Assembly (NCBI RefSeq): GCF_009914755.1
Contig: NC_060927.1
Length of the DNA stretch: 64,000 nucleotides
Origin: the human T2T-CHM13v2.0 reference genome, Homo sapiens
Reading direction: 5' to 3' (one strand)
Part shown: positions 39,611 to 54,018 of the stretch, in pieces
How the letters are laid out: each line of letters begins with the position of its first letter
Position numbering within the stretch: position 1 is the stretch's first letter
Translations under genes and position numbers: made by a program
Notes under the pieces: model-generated
What the model was told of the DNA's origin: nothing
Database searches by the model: none
What the model saw: only the letters and a program-made list of their open reading frames with translations

Positions 39611-41804
39611 CTTGCTCTCTCCTTTTAAGCCATGTTTTGGGCTTTCAGTATGCCTTGTAATTTTTTTCTTGATTACCAGATACAAGGTAGTAGACAAAAG
39701 GAACTGCTATAAATAGGCCTTTGATTATAAAATGGGGAATGATCTACATTCCTATCATTCATTTTCAAATTTCAGTAAGCCTAGGTCTTTGGATTTTGTA
39801 CTTCATAAGTGTTTCTCCGTTTTTTCCCCCTTCCCTTATTTGGGGTGGGATGACTAGAGTGAGCTGGAGTTGGGTGTTCTTCTTCCAAGTGGAGGGCTAG
39901 AGCTATCTGCAGTTGGTTGTTGCCCTCCCCTTAGATCAATTAGGCTCTGATAAAACCTCAGCATGTTAAGCTAGTTTTTCCTGAGGGCAGACCTTGTTAA
40001 GAGTAAAGTGCTGTGACGTATTTCAAAATGGTTCCTTTTTCCCTCCCTCTGCCAGAAGCATGAGGGTCTATTTCTCTGATATTTACTGTGAGGATCCAGT
40101 GTATTTCCTAGAGGTAATGCTGACAAAAGCATGGGGATCCCTCCTTGTCCCCCTGGTGTTTTCAACTCTCAGACTAGTCCACACCTAGTCTCCAGCAGTT
40201 CATCAACTGGAGTTCAGATTTTTCTGCCCTATATTTGTTCCCATGAGGGTGTCTGCTCCATTATTGTGTATTTCTCTTTGATTACCTTTCTGTCTTCTCT
40301 TATTGATCTAAGAAGAGTTGCTAATTTTTCATTTTATTCACATTTTTATTGGTTCTTACGATGATGTGATGACTTTCAAGCTCCTTGCATGCAGAATTGG
40401 AAACTGGAAATTCTCATTAATATTTTAGTGTAAATTAAAAAACATCCCAACTGTGTAGATTTCAATATTTTGAAGAGTAGGTAACAAATACTGAAGCTGA
40501 GTGATTGTTCATTCCGTCTTTAAAACTGAACTTCCATTATGAAGGTGCCTCATGAAATAGATTTTTTTTTCTCTGTACATCTCTGGAAACGATGTTCCTT
40601 ATTTCAATTTTCAATAAATTAAATACCTGAGAAATATTCTAATTTTAACTTCAAATAATAAATTTTCTATTCTTTCTATATATTAAATATCTTACATATT
40701 AAATACCCACTTTTCCTGAATTCAAGCTGAATGTATCAGGCCCCAAAGGGAGATCCAAAAGGGGTTGAGGCAGTATTTAATTTAGAAGTTTAAGGATCAA
40801 TAATATTAATCATATTAGTTTGATAATTATTTTAGACATCTATTTCAAAATAGAATATCAGTGTGGTTTGATTGTCAAAATTGTAGGAACTGTAAGGCAG
40901 TTTAAAGATAAGTAAAAAAATTATAGGTCAAAACCCACCAACTATTACCATTTGACTATTTCATTATAGTTTTTTCATAAAATGCATTTTTACTAACACA
41001 TTTAAGATCACTATAGAGATTTATAACGTTTGACAACACTTCATTAGTATTAATTATTTCTAGTCAGTAACATATTCTTTCATAACTAGCTGAAGTCAAT
41101 ACCCAACATCATATTTATTGAAAAAGACCAGATTTTGTCATTCGTGTAAAAACAAAATAAAGAACTAATATTCTTTTAATACTGTATATGTTCTTAAATC
41201 ATTCTTTTTTGATTTGGAGCATTAGAACATTTGATTTGTACATTTAGAAATAAATCCAAAGGAACTTATCAGAGGTGTGCACAAGATTATCAGTATATAA
41301 TACTAGCTTAATCTATATAGATTACCAAATAAATTATTTAGTCAGACTAGGTAACAATCAGGAAATTATAACAATATAATATTAAGAAACTCTAAATCCT
41401 CAGTTTATTTATTAATATTCATTCATTGACTTTAAGATATAAAATAATATGACTAGCAGATTATCAATTATTGCTTAATAAAAATAATGAAATATCTTCA
41501 TTTTTATTATGGTGTCAAATATTGTTTTAAAAAGACAACTACAAATTTTAATTTTTCTTTAAAGATGATACATTACAAATGAAGTCATTTTCAGCAAATG
41601 GAGAGTGTGATTAGTGGCCTGTGTTTTTCTCAAAGTCACAGTACATTTCAGCTTAAATTGAGTTGGCCATTGACCACAAAATATACTGTCTCTTCTTGGT
41701 AAAATGAAGGGAAGGAGAAGTTACTCTATAGAAGAAAATGCAGGGCATAAGGCATATTATATTAATGCATATATACATTAGTAGGCTATTTCACCAAAAA
41801 ACTC

Positions 41805-42472
41805 TCTAGGTAAACTCAGGCTGCCATAACAAAGTACCATAGGCTGAGTGGATTAAGCAACAGGAATTTATTTCCCCACAGTTCTGGTGGTTGAGAAATC
41901 AAAGGTCAAGGTTGCAGCCAATTTATTTATTTTATTATTTTAGAGACAGGGTGTCACTCTCTTATCCAGGCCAGAGAGTGGCAGAATCACAGCTCACTGT
42001 AACCTTTAACTCAGACCAACCTCCTGCCTCAGCCTCACAAGTAGTTAGGACTACAGGTTTGTACCACCATGACCAGTTAACTTATTTTTATTTTTTATTT
42101 TTTAAATTTTTTGTAGAGACAGGATCTCACTTTGTTGCCCAAGCTGGTCTCAAATTCCTGACCTCAAGCAATTTCCCTGCCTAGGCCTAGCAAAGCACTG
42201 GGATTATAGACATAAGCCACTGTACTGGGCCCCAATACATTTTTTTGTAAAGGTTCTCTTCCTGATTACAGAGGTCCACCTTTTTGGTGAGTTCTTACAC
42301 GGTAGGATGAAAGAGAGCAAGCTCTCTGGTCTATCGTCTTATAAAGGCACTAATACCTCATGACCTCATCTAAACCTAATTACCTCCAAAAGTTCACATG
42401 TTTAAATACCATCGCATTGTGGTTAGGACCTCAGCATGTGAATTTTGGGGGAACACATTTCAATTCAAAGCT
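41805..42472 (-). mobile_element. MLT1A/B-like LTR interrupted by an Alu
   Basis: 'ctgccataacaaagtaccataggctgagtgg...', 'catgacctcatctaaacctaattacctcc'. Confidence 0.75.
41921..42231 (-). mobile_element. AluJ-like
   Basis: Diverged antisense Alu; flanks ccaatttattt / ccaatacattt. Confidence 0.9.
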
Positions 42473-43648
42473 AAAACATTTTAGAATTTTACCAACTTAC
42501 AAAATATTCATATTTATTGTTATTTCCATTATTTTTTGAACAATTGGGTAATACACATCCTAAAAACTAATTTGTCTCAACTTTCTCTTTTTTCTAATAA
42601 AATAATGATTGTAATATTTTGACTTTGTACTATATTGAAAATTACTCACAATAAATATCTCAATTTATAAGCTCACCAGTATGACATGAATATGCTGATT
42701 TGTATGCATAACATTAATATTTGATAATTTAATGAATAAATATAGTACCTATGTTGGTTATGTTAACATATCCTAAGTTTGAGGATTGAGTTTCACATTT
42801 AATACCAACTGCCTGTATGCAGTTTTCTTTTGAATTGTTATTCTAGACTCCTATCATATTCAGAAAATTCGTGTTACAGGTGGTAATCAAAACAAAGTAA
42901 CCTTCTTATATGCATTTGCTGAGTTTTACATTGTAAATTTTACAGAAATAGTTAATATTTTATCATTTTTTAAAACTTTATTTTAGGATTTACTTGATTT
43001 GATTTTGGAACAACAGGAAAAAAAAAAGACTTTTTCCACGACAATACTTAAGATTTTAAATTTGCATTCATTTGTTTTCATTTTTCTCAGGAAATTTCAC
43101 TTCAATTATATATTATTATTGTCATACTTTTTACTTGAAAAATATATATTCATGTACTCAGGTAACTATTCTTTACTCTTTATCTACATTATATTCTGCT
43201 TATTTTCCTCTCCAGGTTTTATCCCTTTATTCTGGGAGGGCTTTATTTTCTGGCTTCATTTTCTGGCTTAATTTTCTTAAGGCACCATTGTATACTTTAT
43301 TCACACAATATACATTATTTTCCTTATTACGTTTCTACTTTCTCTCTGTTTATTCTTCTTTTGCTCTCATCCTGTCTTGGTTTTGCTTGGAAATGAAGAC
43401 TTACTCCCATGCCACTCAAATTTCAGTTTCTAAGAGTATTTCAAAAATCTGAACTTTTCCTATTTGCTATTAATATTTTTTTCAAATGTTGTAATTTCTC
43501 AATCATCCTTTGTTATCCTTTGTTATCTAGGAATGCCCCTTCTTGACAGAGGTCCACTTCCAAAGTCTCCATTCTGCTGTTCACCATGGACACCATACTT
43601 CCAATTCTGCTGCGCTTCTTTCAATGAAACCTACATTTACAGCTCTCA

Positions 43649-45988
43649 TTTATTAGTCTGTTCTCGCGGTGCTGTGAAGAAATACCCAAGACTGCGTAAC
43701 TTGTAAAGAAAAGAGTTTTAATTGGCTCATAGTTCCCCATGTCTGGGGAGGCCTCAGGAAACTTACAATTATGGCAGAAAGCACCTCTTCACAGGGTGGC
43801 AGGAGAAAGAATGAGAACCAAGTGAAGGGGGAAACCCCTAATAAAACCATCAAATCTCGTGACAACTTACTTACTATCACAATAATAGCATGAAGGAAAA
43901 CACCATCATGATTCAATTATCCCAGACTGAGCCCCTTCCATGACGTGTGGATTATGGGAACCACAATTCAAGATAAGATTTGGATAAGGACACAGCCAAA
44001 CCATATCATTCTGCCCCTGGCCCCTCCCAAGTCTCATGTACTCACATTTCAAAACACAAACATGCCTTCCCAACAGTCCCCCAAAGTCTCACCTCATTCC
44101 TACATTAACCCAAAAGTCCAAGTCCAAGGTCTCATCTAAGACAAGGCAAGTTCCTTCTGCCTATGAGCCTGCAAAAATCAAAACCAAGTTAGTTACTTCC
44201 TAGATACAATGGGGGTACAGGCATTGGGCAAATAAACCTGCTTCAAGGAGGAGAAATTGGCCAAAACAAAGGGCCAACAGGCCCCATGCAAATCCAAAAT
44301 CCAGTGGGATGGTCAAATCTTAAATTTCCGAAATGATCTCTTTGACTCCATGTCTCATATCAAGGTCACGCTTATACAAGAGGTGGGACCCCATGACCTT
44401 GGACAGCTTCACTCCTGTGGCTTTGCCCAGTACAGCCTCCCTCCTGGCTGCCTTCATAGGCTGGCATTGATTGTCTGAGGCTTTTTCAGATGCACAGAGC
44501 AAGCTGTCCATGAATCTACCACTGGGGTCTAGAGGATGGTGGCCCTCTTCTCAAAGCTTCACTAGGCAGTGCTTCAGTGAGGACTCTGTGTAGGGGCTCT
44601 GACCCCTCATTTCCCTTCTGCACCACCCTAACAGAGGTTTTCCATGAGGGCTCCACCCCTCAGCAAACATCTGCCTGGGCATGCAGACATTTCCACACTT
44701 CCTCTGAAATCTAGGTAGAGGTACCAAATCTCAATTCTTAACTTCTGCACACCTGCAGGCTCAACATCACGTGGAAGCTGCTAAGGCCTGGGGCTTGCAC
44801 CCTCTAAAGCCAAGGCCCAAACTGTACCTTAGCCTCTTTTAGCCACAGTTGGAGCTAGAGTGACTGGGATGCAGGACACCAAGCTCAGAGGCTACACACA
44901 GCAGTGGGGCCCTGGACCTGGCCCAGGAAACCACTTTTTTCTCCTAGGCCTCCAGGCCTGACATGAGAGGGGCTGCCTCTCTGACATGCCCTGGAGACAT
45001 TTTTCCCATTGTCTTGGAGATTACATTTGGCTCCTCATTACTTATGCAAATTTCTGCAGCTGGCTTCAATTTCTCCACAGAAAATAGGTTTTTCTTTCCT
45101 ACTGCAGCTTCAGGCTGCAAATTTTTCAAACTTTTATGCTCTGCTTCCTCTTGAATGCTTTGCCACTGATAAATTTCTTCCCCCAGATACCCTAAATCAT
45201 CTGTCTCTAGTTCAAAGTTCCACAGATCACTAGAGCAGGGGAAAAATGCTGCCAGTCTCTTTCCATAGCAAGAGTGACCTTTATTTCAGTTCCCAACAAG
45301 TTCTATATCCCCATCTGAGACCACCTTAGCCTAGACTCTATTGTCCTTATCACTATCAGCATTTTGTTTAAAGCCATTCAACAAGTCTCTAAGAAGTTCC
45401 AAACTTTCCCACATCTTCCTGTCTTCTAAGCCCTCCAAGTCTCTAGAAAGTTCCAAACTTTCCCACATTTTCCTATCTTCTTCTGAGCCCTCAAAACTGC
45501 TCCAACCTCTGCCTGTTACCCAGTTCCAAAGTCTCTTCCACATTTTCAGGCGTCTTTACAGCAGCACCCCACTCTCTATGGTACCAATTTACTGTATTAG
45601 TCCACTCTCACACTGCTGTGAAGAAATACCCAAGACTGGGTAATTTATAAAGAAGAGAGGTTTAATTGACTCACAGTTCTGCATGGCTGTGGAGGCCTCA
45701 GGAAACTTACAATCGTGGTGGAAGGCACCTCTTCACAGGGTGGCAAGAGAGAGAATGAGAACTGAGTGAAGGAGGAAGCACCTTATAAAACCATCAGATC
45801 TTGTGAGAACTTACTCATTGTCTCAAAAGTAGCATGGGGGAACCACCCCCATGATTCAATTACCTCCCACCAGGTACCTCCCATGACACGCTGGGATTAT
45901 GGGAACTACAATTCAGGATGAGATTTGGGTGGGGACACAGCCAAACCAGGGACACAGCCAAACCAGAGGCACAGCCAAACCATATGAT
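43649..45988 (-). mobile_element. Full-length THE1 (THE1C/D-like) MaLR with two LTRs and internal region
   Basis: 3' LTR 43649-44008 adjoins the antisense polypurine tract 'ttctgcccctggcccctccc'; THE1 internal sequence; 5' LTR 45593-45988. Confidence 0.92.
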
Positions 45989-46947
45989 CAGGCTTGCCAC
46001 CTTGATTTTCTGAGTAATTTTATACTTTCTCTATTTTATTTTCTGTATCTTTAGGGTATATTGCACAAATACACTAAGAATTTTTGCATTTATGCAGACT
46101 TTCTGTATCTTTCTATGTTTGAACAAATCTTCACTTTTTTAATCTTAATTTGTAATTTTATTCGGTAAACATATAGGTTGAAAGATTTTTTCTTTAAATT
46201 TGAAAAGTAAGATGGAAGGAAAAATAATTCTACCCAGAATTATAATTATATATATTTTAAAGTATTGCTTGTACCAAAAAGAAACACAAAAGCTTTTAAA
46301 GTAAAAATTTAAAAGTCACATAAAAGATAGTGAGAACTATGAAGGCAATAAGAACAGTCACCTAAAATAACTGTGATCACAGGAACATTCTTATAGCCAA
46401 ATATCAAAATGAATTATTCATGAAATACTGAGGCTAAAGGAATAATTTGAATCCTAATCATAAAAGGTAATATATATACTCCATCTTTGTTTATAATTTT
46501 AGCACAAGATTGAAGTCAGTTTCCAAATATAGTCCACATAATTACACAACTGACTCTATGTGGAATACTATATAGAGTTAAGAGCTAAAAATAGTTCATA
46601 AATTCTCTTCTAATCTTTGGCATTATATTTTTTACTCTAAATCACTAAACTATTTTAACATCCCAAGTGCTTACTTTAGCTGAGTTCCCTGAACCTTGAC
46701 TTAGATAACTGTAGTCATCATACAGAAAAAAGTTATTTTAAGCCTGAATGCTTTCTTGGCTTTGCCACAGTTATCAGTCCTTCCCAACTCAGTCTCATTT
46801 CCTCTGGCATATATCAAATCACTGAAACATAAGTACTTGATTCAAAAACAAACCGAATAGTAACCAACAAACTTATATAAAATCTAAGCAGGAGCATGGG
46901 GAAAAAAGTACACCCAAATTTCTAAAATATATCCAAAGAACTCATCC

Positions 46948-47310
46948 AGCTATGGTTTGGATGTTTGCACTACCCACTGCCTAAATCCGTATGTTGAAAT
47001 CCTGACCCTCAAGATGATGGCATAGGGAGGGGGGCCTTTGGGAGGTAAATAAGGTCATTAGGGTGGAGCCTTTACACATGGGATTAGTGCCCTTATGAAA
47101 GACACTCAGAGAGATTTTGCCTCTTCTACAATGTAAGGGTACAGTGAAAAGAAAGTCCTCTGTAGAATGTGGGTTCTTACCACATTCTGAATCTTCCTAC
47201 AACTTAATCTTGAACTTCTCTGTCTCTAGAACCATAAGAAATAAATTCTACTGTTTATAAGTCAATGTGTGTATGTATTTGGTTAACGCAGCCCAGATAG
47301 ACTTAAACAT
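46948..47310 (+). mobile_element. MLT1A-like LTR
   Basis: 'gctatggtttggatgttt...tatgttgaaatcctgaccctcaa...atgggattagtgcccttat'. Confidence 0.8.
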
Positions 47311-49080
47311 AACCCAAATTTCAAAAAATTCTTTCAGTAGTATCTGTTTTGGCATCATTTGTATTTGTTTCTTCAATATTTGTTTCTCTTATCTACGTAA
47401 ATAGGCTAAAAATGTGACTACACATTTTGGCCAAAAATTTGAGAAAGCCACTTGTGTCAAATGTTTAGTCACTTTAGTGATCTGTTTTTGACTGAACTTT
47501 TAGAAAAGACTTTTATTTACTTATAGTCGTTTATTTTCATATTCTTTTATGTGCAACACATAGACAAAAGTACACTATTAAATATGCTTTTTATGAGTAT
47601 TCATTAATTTTATGAATAAGTTTTAGGTCTTTAGGTTTGCTGATATATGAATCCAAAAATGTATAAATTTTAAAATTATTTATAGTAATTTACAAACATT
47701 AAATAAACCACCAAGAGTATTATCATATATTGTTCACATATTGTTCACAACACCCTCTTCATTCTGCATCATTTATCATTTTCTTTCTCTCCTCAACTTT
47801 TTCATTTTATTCACATACTAATCAAATATAGCTTTTCATTACAAACTTGAGAAACTCAATTTATAACTTTTTATATAACAGCAATCAAGTTCCTAAGCCT
47901 TCAATCTGTAACTTACAATTATCTGCCTATTCAAAAAGCATTAACTAACATCAAATTCAAAGTCATATACATCATACCTGATTGTCATTCCATCAGTTCA
48001 GTCTTTTGTATATATATATAAACTTAATTATTGTTGACAAGGCTAAATTGGGATTTAACTTGTAGCTGTAGCAGGGGTACATTTAAATGTAAATGTCTTT
48101 TTCAATGATATATTTTGAGAACTTAGCCAGAAGAATGTGAATCTAATCAAAGTATTTGCACATACAATTTCCTGTGCAAAACAATTATGCAACTAATTTA
48201 GCAAGCATGCAATTGTCATCAAGTTGTAAACTTCCTTAATCTTATGTCTATAAGGCAAAAACTTCTCAAAAAGTAAACTTTGACCACAGAAAACATGATA
48301 AAGAGAAATAAATGGATATGTGATACAAGTGTTCTGGAGAAAAATCCATTTGAATAGTTAGTCTTATGTGTAAAACCAACACACAAAACATACAAAAGTC
48401 TGTAGCAATTTAATAAAAATACACCTTGCACTAATAAATGACATATTTATTAATTTTGGAGACTGCTAACCTAACATCCAAGCAAAAAGAACTTAGATCC
48501 CAATAATGATTGTATACTTAATACATTCTCTGATAATTGTCATTTAAACTTCAGTATATGAGCTAATGCAAAATTACAAACTATATTATAAAATGTAACA
48601 CTAGTCATTATGTTTTCATAGCACCTTCAGAAGATTGCTTTATTCAAATTGAGAAAGAAAATATTGGAGCAAATTTCACAGCACATTGTGTACAGTTCTG
48701 TCCTTTGAACATCAGTAAATAAATTATTTTAAAAACATAGGAGCTATGATTTATAAATTCCAGGTTTACAATGAAATTACACAATGCATTCTATTTCAAA
48801 TTAAATATAAGATCTTAAACTTTATCTGTTTAGCATCTAAACAACATGTAAATCATTCAATTAAATAAAAATAAACAAATCAATGAAACTACAAATTTTG
48901 TTATTTAATGTCATGCTGACCTTCCTTCAAAATGTTGACTACAAATTTCTTTAAGTTTTGAAAAGGTACAATCATTTTTTCTGTAATAAGTAGCTCTTCA
49001 GCTGATGTGGTATTATCCCTATAAAACAGATATCACTTCCTATATCCTGATGAATGAAAGCTGAAAATAAAAAAAATGCA

Positions 49081-49390
49081 GCCAGGTGCAGAGGCTCATG
49101 CCTGTAATTCCAGTGCTTTGGGTGGCCGAGGAGGATGGATCACTTGAGGCCAGGAGTTCAAGACCAGCCCAGCCAATGCGGGGAAGCCATCTCTACTAAA
49201 AATACAAAAATTAGCTGGGCTTAGTGGCGCATGCCTGTAATCCCAGTTACTTGGGAGGCTGAGGCTCGAGAATCACTTGAACCAAGGAGGCAGAGGTTGC
49301 AGTGAGCCAAGATTGCACCACTGCACTCCAGCACAGATGATGAAGTGAGATTCTGTCTCCCAAAAAAATTAATTAAATAAATTAAAAAAT
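49081..49390 (+). mobile_element. Alu (J/Sz-like)
   Basis: Sense dimeric Alu; flanked on both sides by 'aaaaatgca'. Confidence 0.93.
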
Positions 49391-49995
49391 AAAAATAAAA
49401 ATGCAATAAGACTTTTACTTCAGTGTAACTTAAGTGTAGAAAATGGTAAATAAAATATAGCTAACATTATAGAGACTATAATTAACAGTATAGTAAAAGA
49501 GGTTGTTCTTTATTGAACTGGTAAATAAAACTATAGTTAACATTATATAGAATATTATTGACTATCAACAGATAATTAATAATGTATGTATAGAACACAG
49601 CTAATGTATTTTTTTATTATGAGTATTATTATAGTCCAGCAAAATGTCACATTCAATTTCTTTCAAAAGCACAACAAATGATCTACTCTTTTTGGACTTT
49701 CAGCCATGTTTGGCCAACAATAATACAGTTTTAGTGATATCTTCAGTAACAATGAAGCAGACTTCTAAATATCTTTAAGAATTATTGAATGATTAGACTT
49801 CTAATACTACACCCAAACTGTTTATTGTAAATGTCTTTTTCTAGTTATTGATAATAAGTGCATGAAAACAAATGCAAAGTAAAAATAAATGTTAATTTTA
49901 TTAGCATACAATTTAGATGATTATGACATATTTCTGATACAGATATTAGTATTAAAGAAAAACACTGTTGAATAAACTGAAAATTACCAGTGTGG

Positions 49996-52900
49996 TATGT
50001 TAGGTTGTTCTTACATTGCTATAAGGAAGTACCTGAGACTGGGATATTTATAAAGAAAATAGGCTTAATTGACTCACAGTTCTGTAGGCTATACAGGAAA
50101 TGTGGCACTGGCACCTGCTTGGCTTCTGGGAGGACTCAGGGAGCTTTTACTCATTGTTGAAGGTGAAGCAGGAACAGTCATATCACATGGTAAGACCAGT
50201 AGTCAGGGGGAGAGGTGTCACACACTTTTAATCAACCAGATCTCATGAGAACTCACTATCTTGAGGACAGGACTGAGCCATTAGGAATCCAATGCCCCAG
50301 TAGAGTTTCTGTGTGGAAACTCTAACCCTACATTTCCCCTTGGCACTGACCTAGTAGAGGTACTCTGTGAGAGTTTCACCCCAGTAGAAGGCTTCTTCAT
50401 GAGCAGCCAGGTGTTCTCTTACATTCTCTGAAATCTAGGCAGAGACTGCCAAGCCTCCTTCACTCTTGCACTTTGGATGTTCCCAGGCTTAACTCCACAT
50501 GGAAGCCATCAATGCTTACAGCTTGCATCCTCTGGAATAGTGACTTGAGTTGTCCTGGGGCCCCTTTGAGTTGTGGCTGGAGCAATCAGGATCGGGGGAG
50601 TATGTCCTAAGGCTGAGCAGGGCAGTGGGGCCCTGGGCCTCTCCCCTGAAACCATTTAGTCTTCCTAGGCCTCTGGGCCTGTGATGAGAGGTGCTGCCTA
50701 TTAGATCTCTGAAATGCCTTCCAGACTTTTTCCCATTGTCTTGGCTATAAGCAGTTGCTCCCTTTTACACATGCAAATCTCTTTAACAAGTGGTTGTTCT
50801 GTAGACTGCTTGGATCCCTCTCCTAAAAAGTTTCTCTTTTCTTTGCCACAGGACTAGGCTGTAAATTTTCCAAACTTTCACCCTCTGCCTCCCTGGTAAA
50901 TATTAATATTAATATAACTTCCAATTTTAAGTAATTTATTCATTCCTGCATCTGAGAGTATGCTGGTTTGAAGAAGCCAGGCCACACCTTGAATTCTGTG
51001 CTGCTTAGAAATTTCTTACACTAGATACCCTAAGTCATCACTCTTAAGGTAAAGCTTCCACAGATCCCCAGGGCATGAAGATGAGGCAGCTAAGTAATTT
51101 GCTAACTTATGAGGGTGACTGTATTAGTCTGTTTTCATGCTGCTGATAAAAATATACCTGAGACTGGGCAATTTACAAAAGAAAGAGGTTTATCAGACTT
51201 ACAATTCAACGTGGCTGGGGAGGCCTCTTACTCATGGCAGAAGGTAAAAGGCCTGTCTGACATGGCGGCAGACAAGAGAATAGAGCTTGTGCAGGGAAAC
51301 TCCCCATTTTAAAACCATCATCAGTCTCGTAAGACTTATTCACTATCATGAGACCAGCATGGGAAAGACCTGCCTCATGATTAAATCACCTCCCACCAGG
51401 TCCCTCCCACAACATGTCAGAATTCAAGGTGAGATTTGGGAGGAACAGCCAAATCGTATTATTCCACCCATGGCTCCTCCCAAATCTAATGTCTTCACAT
51501 TTCAAAACAAATCATGCCTTCCCAAGAGTCTCCCAAAGTCTTAACACATTTCAGCATTAACTCAGAAGTCCACAGTCCAAAGTCTCATCCAAGACAGGGC
51601 AAGTTCCTTCCACTTACGTGCCTGTAAAATCAAAACAAATTAGTTACTTCCTGGATACAATGAGGATATAGGCATTGGGTAAATGGAGCCATTCCAAGTG
51701 GGAGAAATTGGCCAAAACAAAGGGGCTGCAGGTGTCATGCAAGGCCTAAATCCAGCGGGGCAGTCATGTCTTAAAGCTTCAAAATAATCTCTTTAACTCT
51801 GTGTCTCACATCCAGCTCACGTTGATGTAAGAGGTGGGCTCCCACAGCCTTGGGCAGTTCTGCCCCTGTTGCTTTGCAGGATATAGCCCACCTCCACAGC
51901 TTTCACAGTCTGACATTGAGTATCTGAGGGTTTTCCAGGCATACAATGCAAGCTGTCAGTGGATCTACCATTTTGGGGTCTGGAGGATGGTGGCCCTTTT
52001 CTCACAACTACACTAGGTGGTGTCCCAATAGAGACTGTGTGTGGGGGCTCCGACCCCATATTTCCCTTCTCAACTGCCCTAGCAGAGGTTCTCCATGAGG
52101 GCCCCACCACTGTAGTAAACTTCTGCCTTGGTATCCAGCCTATGACATCTAGGTGGAAGTTCTCAAACCTCAATTCTTGGTTTCTGTGCACTCGCAGGTT
52201 CAATACCATGTGGAACCTGCCAAGGCTTGGGGCTTGCACCCTCAGAAGCCACAGCACAAACTCTATGTTGGACCGATTCAGCCATGGCTAGAGCAACTGG
52301 AAAGCAGGGCATCAAGTCCCTAGGCTGCACAGAGCAAGGGAGCCCTGAGCCCAGCCTATGGAACCATCTTTTCCTCCTAGGCTTCTGGTCCTGTCGTGGG
52401 AGCGGCTGCCATGATGACCTCTGACATGCCCTGGAGACGTTTTCCCCATTATTTTGGAGATTAGCATTTGGCTCCTCATTACTTATGCAAATTTCTGCAG
52501 CCAGCTTGGCTTTCTCCACAGAAAATGGGATTTCCTTTTCTATCACATTGTCAGACTGCAAATTATTATAACTTTTATGCTCCATTTTCCTTAAAAACCT
52601 GAATGCCTTTAACAGCACCCAAGTCAACTCTTGAATGCATTCCTGCTTAGAAATTTATTCTGCCAGATAACCTAAATCATTTCTCTCAAGTTCAAAGTTC
52701 CACAAATCTCTAGGGCCGGGGCAAAATGCCACCATTGTCTTTGCTAAAACATAATAAGAGTCACCTTTGTTCCAGTCCTCAACAAGTTCCTCATCTCCAT
52801 CTGAGACCACCTCAGCCTGGATTTGATTGTCCATATTATTATCAGCATTTTGTTCAAAGCCATTCAACAAGTCTCTAGGGAATTCCAAACTTTCCCACAT

Positions 52901-54018
52901 TTTCCTGTCTTCTGAGCCCTACAAACTATTCCAACCTCTGCCTGTCACCCAGTTCCAAAGCTGCTTCCTCATTTTCAGGTATCTTTTCTGCACCACCCAA
53001 CTCCTGGTAACATTTTATTGTATTAGATCATTTTCACACTTCTGATAAAGATATACCTGAGAATGGGTAATTTACAAAACAAAAAGGTTTATCAGACTTA
53101 CAGTTCCACCTGGCTGGGGAGGCCTCACAATCATGATAGAAGGGGAAAGGCATTTCTCACATGACAGCAAACAAGAGAAGAGAGGTTGTACAGGGAAACT
53201 GCCCTTTTTAAAACCATCAGACCTCATGAGACATTTTTCCTATCATGAGAACAGCATGGGAAAGACCTGTCTCCATGATTTGATCACCTCCCACCAGGCC
53301 CTTCTCACAACACATGGGAATTCAAGGTGAGATTTGGATGGGGACACAGCCAAATCATGTTAGTGACCTTTGCTTCAGTTCCCAATATTTTTTTTTTAAT
53401 TTCTGTCTGTTACCTCAGTAGCATGGACTTTACAACCCACATCACTATCCACATTTTTGTAACAACCATTTATCCAGTCTCTATGAAATTCCAAACTTTC
53501 CCTTATTCTCCTGTGTTCTTCTGAACCTTCCAAACTCTTCCAAACTCTGCCTGTTACACACTTCCAAATACTTTTCCACATTTTCAGGTATATTTATAGC
53601 AATGCCCCTCTCCTCAGTATGAATTTTCTATCAGACTGTTTTTGCATTGCTATAAAGAAAGACCTCAGACTGGGTAATTTATAAAGAAAAGAGGTTTTAT
53701 TGGCTCACAGTTCTTCTAGCTGTGTAGGAAGCATGGTGCTGACATCTAATCAGCTTCTGGGGAGGTCTCAAGGAGCTTTTTCTTATGGCACAAAGTGAAG
53801 CAGAAGCAGGCATGTCACAAAGCAATAGCAGGAGCAAGAGGGGAAGGAGGTATCACACTTTTAAACAACTAGATGTCATGGGAACTCACTCACTCTTATG
53901 AGGACAGCACCAAACCATGTGTGGTTCGTCAGCCTACCTCCTACCCAGTCTCACCTCAAAAACTGAGGATTACATTTCAACATGCGATTTGGGAAGGACA
54001 AATATCCAAAGCATATCA
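49996..54018 (-). mobile_element. MST (MSTA/B-like) MaLR with two LTRs and partly deleted internal region, split by THE1
   Basis: LTRs at 49996-~50290 (truncated) and ~53627-54018. Internal sequence at 50290-51119 resumes at 53363. Confidence 0.85.
51120..53362 (-). mobile_element. Full-length THE1 (THE1A/B-like) nested in the MST internal region
   Basis: LTRs 51120-~51461 and 53019-53362; 5-bp TSD GTGAC (51115-51119, 53363-53367). Confidence 0.92.

Noticed and set aside
45382-45500. ~54-bp tandem duplication in the THE1 internal region
   Set aside because: Visible, but I recall it as a recurring feature of some THE1 internal variants, so probably inherited rather than locus-specific (unverified).
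49444-49547. Imperfect ~29-bp repeat 75 bp apart
   Set aside because: Short, AT-rich and diverged; an ordinary local duplication.
51817-52900. Long ORFs (146-154 aa) here and at 60579-61608
   Set aside because: Remnants of the decayed MaLR internal region, broken by stops and frameshifts; not host genes.
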